From the NCBI RefSeq assembly GCF_003073045.1, contig NC_037595.1:8572345-8636344 (forward strand): 64,000 bases of DNA. Reading direction: 5' to 3'. Made by a program: the position numbers and the translations under genes. The notes beneath the pieces are model-generated. The model worked only from the letters and a program-made list of their open reading frames with translations. It was not told the origin of the DNA and did no database searches. Position 1 is the stretch's first letter. Each line of letters starts with the position of its first letter. The stretch comes from Pomacea canaliculata. Its lineage: Eukaryota. Below, piece after piece: positions 57,097-64,000 of this stretch.

Positions 57097-60000
57097 TCAT
57101 TTTGCTATACCCAGCTTGGCTTGCAGGAACTTAGATGATATCTTGTTGGCATTCTTTTTGAGATATGCGTCACCCTGATGCTTCTGCCAGTCTTCTTCAA
57201 ATTCATTCTCAAGGATCTCTGCCCCCTTTTTACGAGTTAGACCCGTCTCCTCCAAACTTAGTTCACACATATTGATGTCATCTGCTCCTGCAAAGTGGGT
57301 GGAAGAGAGATGTCAAAGAGTCTTGAAAGATTATTGTCAGCACTGTATGTAGTGCAAACAACTAAGGCTATATAATGGCGAGAACAGAAAGACGAGTAAA
57401 AAGACTTTAGGACAGCCACCATACATCAAATTGTGCATTGAACTGTTTCCGCATTTTTCTTGTCCCATGTAAATCCCTTGTGCAGCTTACTCAGTACAAG
57501 AACTTCTGTAAGCCAGCGTCACATTCATAAGAATCAGGTCTGATTAACTTTCTCTTCTGGAACATGAACAAAATTATTCTGCATGAATTAAAACATGTAT
57601 ACACACACTTACCTGCAACAAACAAGATGGGTGGTTTATCAGGGTAAAGCTCCATCTGGCGAGCAATCCAGGTTCCATCAAAGTGTGCATACCACATTCC
57701 ATGCTTGTTGTTGTCACGGAACTCATCAGATGGCCGCGCAAAGGGAATTTTGAAATAGCGCTGTACAGCATTTTTATCCTGAGTGGGCACTTTTTGCTCA
57801 GGATGAGCAGCGAATGCTTTTTCAGCTGCAATAAAACAAGCTTGGAAAATAATTAGTGTAAAATAGCATTTCAATGGTTGCTTTAGAAGTGCTTATACCT
57901 AAAGATGATTTCACACTAAGAGTACAGGTGGGGGGAGAAATGGAGTACCTGGAAAAAACCCCTGATAACAAACCTTGTAAACCTCACAGAATGTCCCAAG
58001 GCTAGATCTGAACCCAGGATCTCTCTATGCAGTGGTGACAAGCAAGTGTTTTAACTATGATACTGCTAAGTGCCCCTATAAAATAATATTCCTATATATA
58101 TATAAAAGAACAGTTTATATTTACACTAAAATGAAAAAAAGGCAAAACAAACAAAAACATCTAATGTATATTAACACAGATGTTGCTGAAACAGAAGAAC
58201 AACAGTAGGTACATACCAGCATCCTCTACAGCTTTTGGTGCTCGATGCTCGCCCTTATCAGTACGTTTTTTGTTCTTGGACTTCCATGCGTGGTATACTT
58301 TTAGACGACGATGGAACTCCTCACGGCAGGCATCCAACAGTTCCAGATCTGCAAGGGATGGCAGGACATTCTTTTATTAGACTGTGGTACATGCTCAACT
58401 ACTTGAAGTGTATAGGCTTTAGGGCATTAAGGAGCAGTTTTGTGATCTGCGTTCTCGCTGTTTTGAGAGATATCAGATTTCCTTCGAGATTTTATCTAAC
58501 ATACATATATGACAAATATATATATTTTAATAGAAAATCTTAAAATTTGTTTAAAAATACTACAGTCAGCACATAACAGTGACCTTCTGCAATGGATAAC
58601 ATTTCTAAAAATGTAACCCATTCCTGATGCTAACAAGCCAAATTTTTTCAGTATTCAAAGTCGAATAACTAGTGTCAGACTGGAATAGCAATATTCTTGA
58701 TGCATTAGGCACTTTGTTGTTGGTCATACAAGGGTATAAAAAGGGATGATTACAGTGTCTGAGGTCACTAGGGGGGTTCAGAAATAAAAATAGAAAGTGA
58801 AGTAAACAGATTATTATCATGCTTGTTTATGTCTGTTAATTAACCATATCAGTTTAATATTAAAACATGTAATTAATGGAAAAAAAAACCCAAACAAACC
58901 AGTGCCATCGTTATGCACTGCAAAATAAACTGGAATTGCTAGCTTACCACAAGATGTATTAATGGCATCACGAAGTTCAGCATACTTCCATTTGCTCAAG
59001 TCATACTTCTTGTTAGCTGCCTTCTGCTGGAATGCACGAACTGCCTCCGATCTAATGAAAGAATTGGTCATTTCTAGTTTTACACACACTTCTAAAAAAC
59101 ACTACCGCCAACAACATCAGTATCATTGGATGCGTACAGATATAAAAGATGACATTTCTACAAAGTAAGAATTCTCTCATTTTCTAGCTACTTATGTGCC
59201 TCAGTCAACTTAATTAACTCTTTTAACCAGTCTCCTTTATTTATTATTTATTCAAAATAGTTTTAAGTTTAACATTTTTAAAGAATTTCTTGAATTCTGA
59301 GGAAAACCTCTCAATAGATTTAGATCCTATTCTGAGGTACACTCTGCTGAAGTATCAAAAGAGAATATAACAGAGCGAACATAAAGCATCAGTAAATAGG
59401 AACATTAGCTCCAGCACTTTTAATACAGTGACAGAACAAACCTGGGTAATGGGGGAGGAAGAACAATGTCTTCCACCTGATTCTGGTCCTCCATGGCCAG
59501 TCTCAAGGCCAGCTCCCGATCCCTGTGTTCTTGATCCAGCTGAGCCTGTCTGTAATTTCACACACAAATAAACACATCACCAAGTCATTTAAATAACACC
59601 AATAATCGTCCACTAAACTAGCAAGATTCTCAGCTACATCAACAACTCAATGTAACAATATCTGACCTTTCAGCTTGTTCCTTTGCCTGTTTTGAAAGTT
59701 CAGCTTTCATTGCTTCCTGAAAAAGTACAAGCACAAGTCCAATGAATGTCTGTGAATGCAACTGTACAATAAGAATGCCACATTCTCAGAAATCTACATG
59801 GGACTTTAATGCTAACACAGCATTTTACATAAGTTCTGACAAAGGTAGCTCAGTAGATACATATAAATGATATTAACAGACTTGAATAATATCAGACTTT
59901 ATCCACAAGCAATTTTTATGACATATTCAAGACAGACACCCAGGTCTGCTTTCCTCCAAAATAAACTAGCCACTCACAGCTGCTTTTCGATCTTCCTCCT

Positions 60001-63000
60001 CCTGCTTTTTGCGAGCTTCCTCCTCTTTCTTTCTCTTGGCTTCCATTTCTGCTTTACTGAAACCCAAACCCCAAAGGTAAACTATCTCAGACTACTGCTT
60101 GATGATAGTAAGGTAGCACAATTAACTACCTATAATTTTTGCAAATCTTTACTGAAATTTTAAATTCAAGTGTACTGAATTGTATTGTACACATATCTGA
60201 TGGCTTAAAAAACGATTTGTAAAATGTTAATAAATCACCACAGATTAAAAAGTCTGGCTCAGACTTTAAAATAGAGAATAAAATATGTTAAAACTGAAAT
60301 GAACACCAATGAAAATGGAAATAAAAAAATGACAATTAGAACTTACAGCCGTCTTTGTTCTTCTTCTTCCTTTCGTTTCCTCTCTTCCTCTTCTTTCCTT
60401 TTCCTCTCTCGTTCCATCTCTTCCTGCACATTACCAGAGATGGTATACATTAAGTGCATGTGTCTACGATAATGTTCTGAATGATGAGCCACTTTTGAAT
60501 AGAAAGTTACACAAAAACACTATTTTCAGGTAGTAAATTTTTTTTTCTCAAGTACTTACCAAATGACATGACACTATTTCTTCTTTATACCGCACCAGAT
60601 GACATGATTATATGAAGAATAAATAACAGGTGGGAGATGTGGCACCCTGTAAAAGATTTCTGACATGCCTCAGTTTAGCTAGGCTGCAGATCAGGAGGTC
60701 ACTGCTTGCCCAGCTATGGTGAAGTAGAAAAGGAGTAAGTCAGACGATTCATTCTGTGATATGCTGATCTTCCAACATGCTTCTGATTGCCCTATGTCGC
60801 CCTGATGACTGTTTTTATCCTGGCTGCTTCTGTCTGTACCGTTATGTTAGCCTGTTCCTCCCACAAAGGTAGAAACAGGATTTGCTCCTCCTTCCAGATG
60901 TAGAGTTTTTAAAATAGATCTGCAACCTGGGTAGGTAAGGAGGCAGATGGAGCCATCTACCCAAAACTGAAAACAGGTAGGGTCTGTGGAAAAAGCCTGA
61001 ATTTCCTAAACTGGAATGACTAAAGTGACTGTAACCACAAAACAGATCTTCCACGTAAGAAGCACAGACAAGGCGGTGGGGTATATATTCAGGTAGGTGA
61101 GCACCCACCAAAGGTTCCAACAGGTAAACAGTAGACAACACACTGGCCATGCACGAGACTGGTTGGTCAGGAGGTCAGAAAAATCTCTCTTTGATCATAC
61201 ACAACCCCAAATGGTGAAAGGTATTGGACACCATAGCCCAACAGCCCTTAATCGTGAAGGATGCCCATTCCTTCATGTTGAAGAGCCAAAGAAGGAAGTC
61301 TGCCACCTGAGCCAGAGATGCATCTGAAACTGTGGCAACTAGAAGGGTAAACTCCACTTAGTCATGTCATATGGTACAGAATAAAGAACAAAATTATAAA
61401 TGTTGAGCAAAAGACTTTTGAACCATTTAAAAATTCATAACAGCTGAACAACTGGCCAAAAGGTATGACTCATTTCGAAAGAGTTCAACAAGAAATTCCC
61501 TTTTCTTGGCTAATTACAAAAAAGCAAAGTTTCTTGACAAACATATATGCTATTTAATACAAGCATAGCCTTTCCTGATGCCCACTGATACCACAACACT
61601 GCATACCTGTATTTTGCGCAGTCTTTCTTGCTCTTCAGCATTCTTTTGTTGCTCCAGCTGTTTCTTCAATTCAGCCAGCTGTACGTCAATATTGGTCATC
61701 AGAGTATTTGTTGTGCGTGACATCTCATCTCTTGTGATATTTGTTGTCTACAAAGAAAAACAGTCGCAGCATATATATTACATCAGCACACTATGGTCCC
61801 ATTTTTATGTAATACAGATTTGTCTTTACCCACCCACTTCACTTAGCCAATATAACAAAGGTATGCCCAAATCTTTACACAAGTCTTAAATGTACTAAAA
61901 AATGTAGACATTCCGAATACCCTATTGTGCCTGCAAACAGGTGGGAAGTGACAAGTTTCTCAATGTTCACGGCTGCATTGCACTTAATGTATGCTTTGCA
62001 TAAGGAACTTTCTTTGTTTCTTTTTTGCTTTGTCTTTTGAATGCAAACATTTTTTTCAGAATATAAATAAAGATGCATTACTTGTACATGTAAAAACTGT
62101 AAATAGTTAATGCAGTCATCCTTGCAATTCATGAGCAAACAAATCAAAGAATGCTCTATTGCAGAATGACATTTTCTTCTTCAAGAAAATAAGAATACAG
62201 CCACTGTTTTTGAAGATACAAAAAACACAGTACCACACTCACCCTTATCTTCTTGATGTAAGCTTCCAGTGAGGCTTCCAGTTCCCGGACCTTCTGAGTG
62301 GCCTGCTCCTTGTCCTTTTTGAGCTGACCCACAATCTGGCTCATTAAGGCCAGCTGTGTCTGCAGGGATTTCACCTTCTGGATTGTTTCATACCTATGGA
62401 AAAATCACTGGTTAATGCCACTCTGGTCATTTTATATTTAGATTTATAGTAAAAACATTCTGGATTGTTTCATATTTATGGAAAATCACTGGTTTATGTC
62501 ACACTTTCTACGTCATCTAATACTTAGAGCAATAACAGATTTATACTAATAATTCACTTAATTTATGAACATGAAACAACTTTGACCAGACTCACTTTGG
62601 CCTAAATCTGCGGACACAGAGCCACATTCGAACCGACTTCTGGATCATGACAAACTGCTCAGCACGGTATCTGATCTTGTTCTTTACTGCAGCCAAAGAA
62701 CGTAGAATACAGCTTTAAAGATAGCAACAATGAACATTTAAATTTGTAGTAACTTCACTTTACAAGGGTTAATATGGTACATATCAGCTTAAAAAAATAT
62801 CATGAATTGTCCGCTTGATAATTTTCCAATATTGTTGTGAGTGCTGAATATTAACAATCAACAAAAGATAAAATCTGTAATTAATAATTGCTAAACAATA
62901 TTACACTCCTGGTTCTCATTATATGTTTAAAATATTATGCCTTTTACAAGATGCAAGAGAGACTAATTCTATTAGAAAGAGAGATAAACTAATAACATCT

Positions 63001-64000
63001 CTATATCAAACACTTACACTTAATGACAGAAAGGGCACACCACTGCGCTTTCTTCCAGCGTGAGCACAGCAGCCACTTCTTCACCTTCTTGACCAGCATG
63101 GCCAGGTTCTCAGGGTCACTTTTCATGATCTGGTCAAACTCTGCAAATTTGCCAGGTCGGAAGAACACCTTGGTCAAACCAAACTTGAAGTCTTTGTCAT
63201 CCAGACCTAGGGCTTTGAACAAAGCCTGCAATTGGACAAGATGACACACATGAAGTTTAAGCCAGCATCATTTATTCTGTTGTACTATAATATTCCAGAA
63301 TTTACTGGGAGAGCAAGAAAACCAAGACACCTCACAAAGTTTCCATTAATATCTAGTCAGCATATGCTCGAGAGGGACATGAACTTGGTGGAATGCTGCA
63401 AAGAGCAGAAAGAAATACAACAGCTAATTCAAAGCAATTATAAATGTCAGTGACGTGATTTCTGTATCAAAATAAAATAAGGGTGGTTTGGTGGCAGAAG
63501 CACTTGTTATCAGCATAACAAGCATCAGATATTCTGGGCCCGCTGTCCTCTGAATGTGGCACCTGTCCCTGCCGCCAGCTGCTTTATAGCGATAACCCTA
63601 GTTGCTGATCTGCCTAGAGAGGTCACCCCACAAATGGCAGATACCTTGCAGAAGAGACGAGGATCCAGGCGAGCAATGTCTGCAGGCATATACTTCTTGT
63701 ACATGGTATACAGCTCTGAGAACTGTGTGCGTGATGGAAAACCTTGCTGCATGAGGTCCAGCACTGACACCATACCTGTTAGAATGTGCACCTGGTGTAA
63801 ATTAAATAATCCAGAACAGACGCCATACCTGTTAGAATTTGCAACTGGTTTAAATTGAGTGGTCCACTAAACCTACTTCAATGTTACTGTCATGTGGTCA
63901 TGAACAAGCCCTATATCCATAACAACCAAATAAATTATACTCTTTCTTTGCCTTCTTCTCAAGCTGCCTTACTGAGAGAACAGTAATTTTTTTTATGGTC
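57097..64000 (-). CDS. MYO6: Myosin VI (unconventional myosin, MYO6), 3' half from converter/insert-2/IQ through the tail to the stop. The 5' part lies beyond the window. Exons (minus strand): 63645-63775, 63018-63225, 62596-62686, 62243-62393, 61607-61747, 60347-60423, 59978-60056, 59667-59716, 59442-59549, 58948-59051, 58217-58348, 57613-57825, 57097-57287 (stop TGA at 57097-57099).
   Basis: The translation matches MYO6 recalled from memory: '[42 protein letters not shown]', '[69 protein letters not shown]', '[31 protein letters not shown]', the charged ER/K SAH region '[26 protein letters not shown]..', '[21 protein letters not shown]', '[28 protein letters not shown]', '[50 protein letters not shown]' and '[25 protein letters not shown]'. 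All junctions are GT-AG and phases are consistent through all 13 exons. Confidence 0.92.

Noticed and set aside
57491-57874. 127-aa minus ORF, also 58817-59089 and 63001-63249
   Set aside because: These are not separate genes. They are MYO6 exons read through into flanking introns, and the true exon limits are given in the MYO6 feature.

Overview
This is a eukaryotic (metazoan, probably invertebrate) genomic window. It is AT-rich, has no long ORFs, and its genes have GT-AG introns.

Layout:
- 1-16.2 kb: a highly repetitive tandem and segmentally duplicated region. It carries an array of small, rapidly diverging two-exon paired-like (PRD-like) homeobox genes, all on the minus strand. The homeobox is split by the class-typical intron between homeodomain residues 46 and 47. 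I distinguish four paralogue types, A to D. Many copies are pseudogenised. A SINE-like poly(A)-terminated module and a hairpin pair sit in every unit.
- 16.2-22 kb: repeat-rich spacer containing a MITE-like palindromic element.
- 22.2-27.5 kb (minus): a compact PDZ-DH-PH Dbl-family RhoGEF gene.
- 27.6-31.2 kb: a degraded PIF/Harbinger DNA-transposon relic next to an interstitial telomere-like TTAGGG tract.
- 36.1-42.9 kb (plus): an unidentified multi-exon gene.
- 45.47-51.77 kb (plus): a 9-exon cytosolic acetoacetyl-CoA thiolase (ACAT2-type) gene with two apparent 1-nt frame problems.
- 57.1-64 kb (minus): the 3' half of a myosin VI (MYO6) gene, 13 exons resolved. It converges on the thiolase 3' end.

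I found no rRNA, tRNA or CRISPR. The homeobox array is the most novel-looking content.
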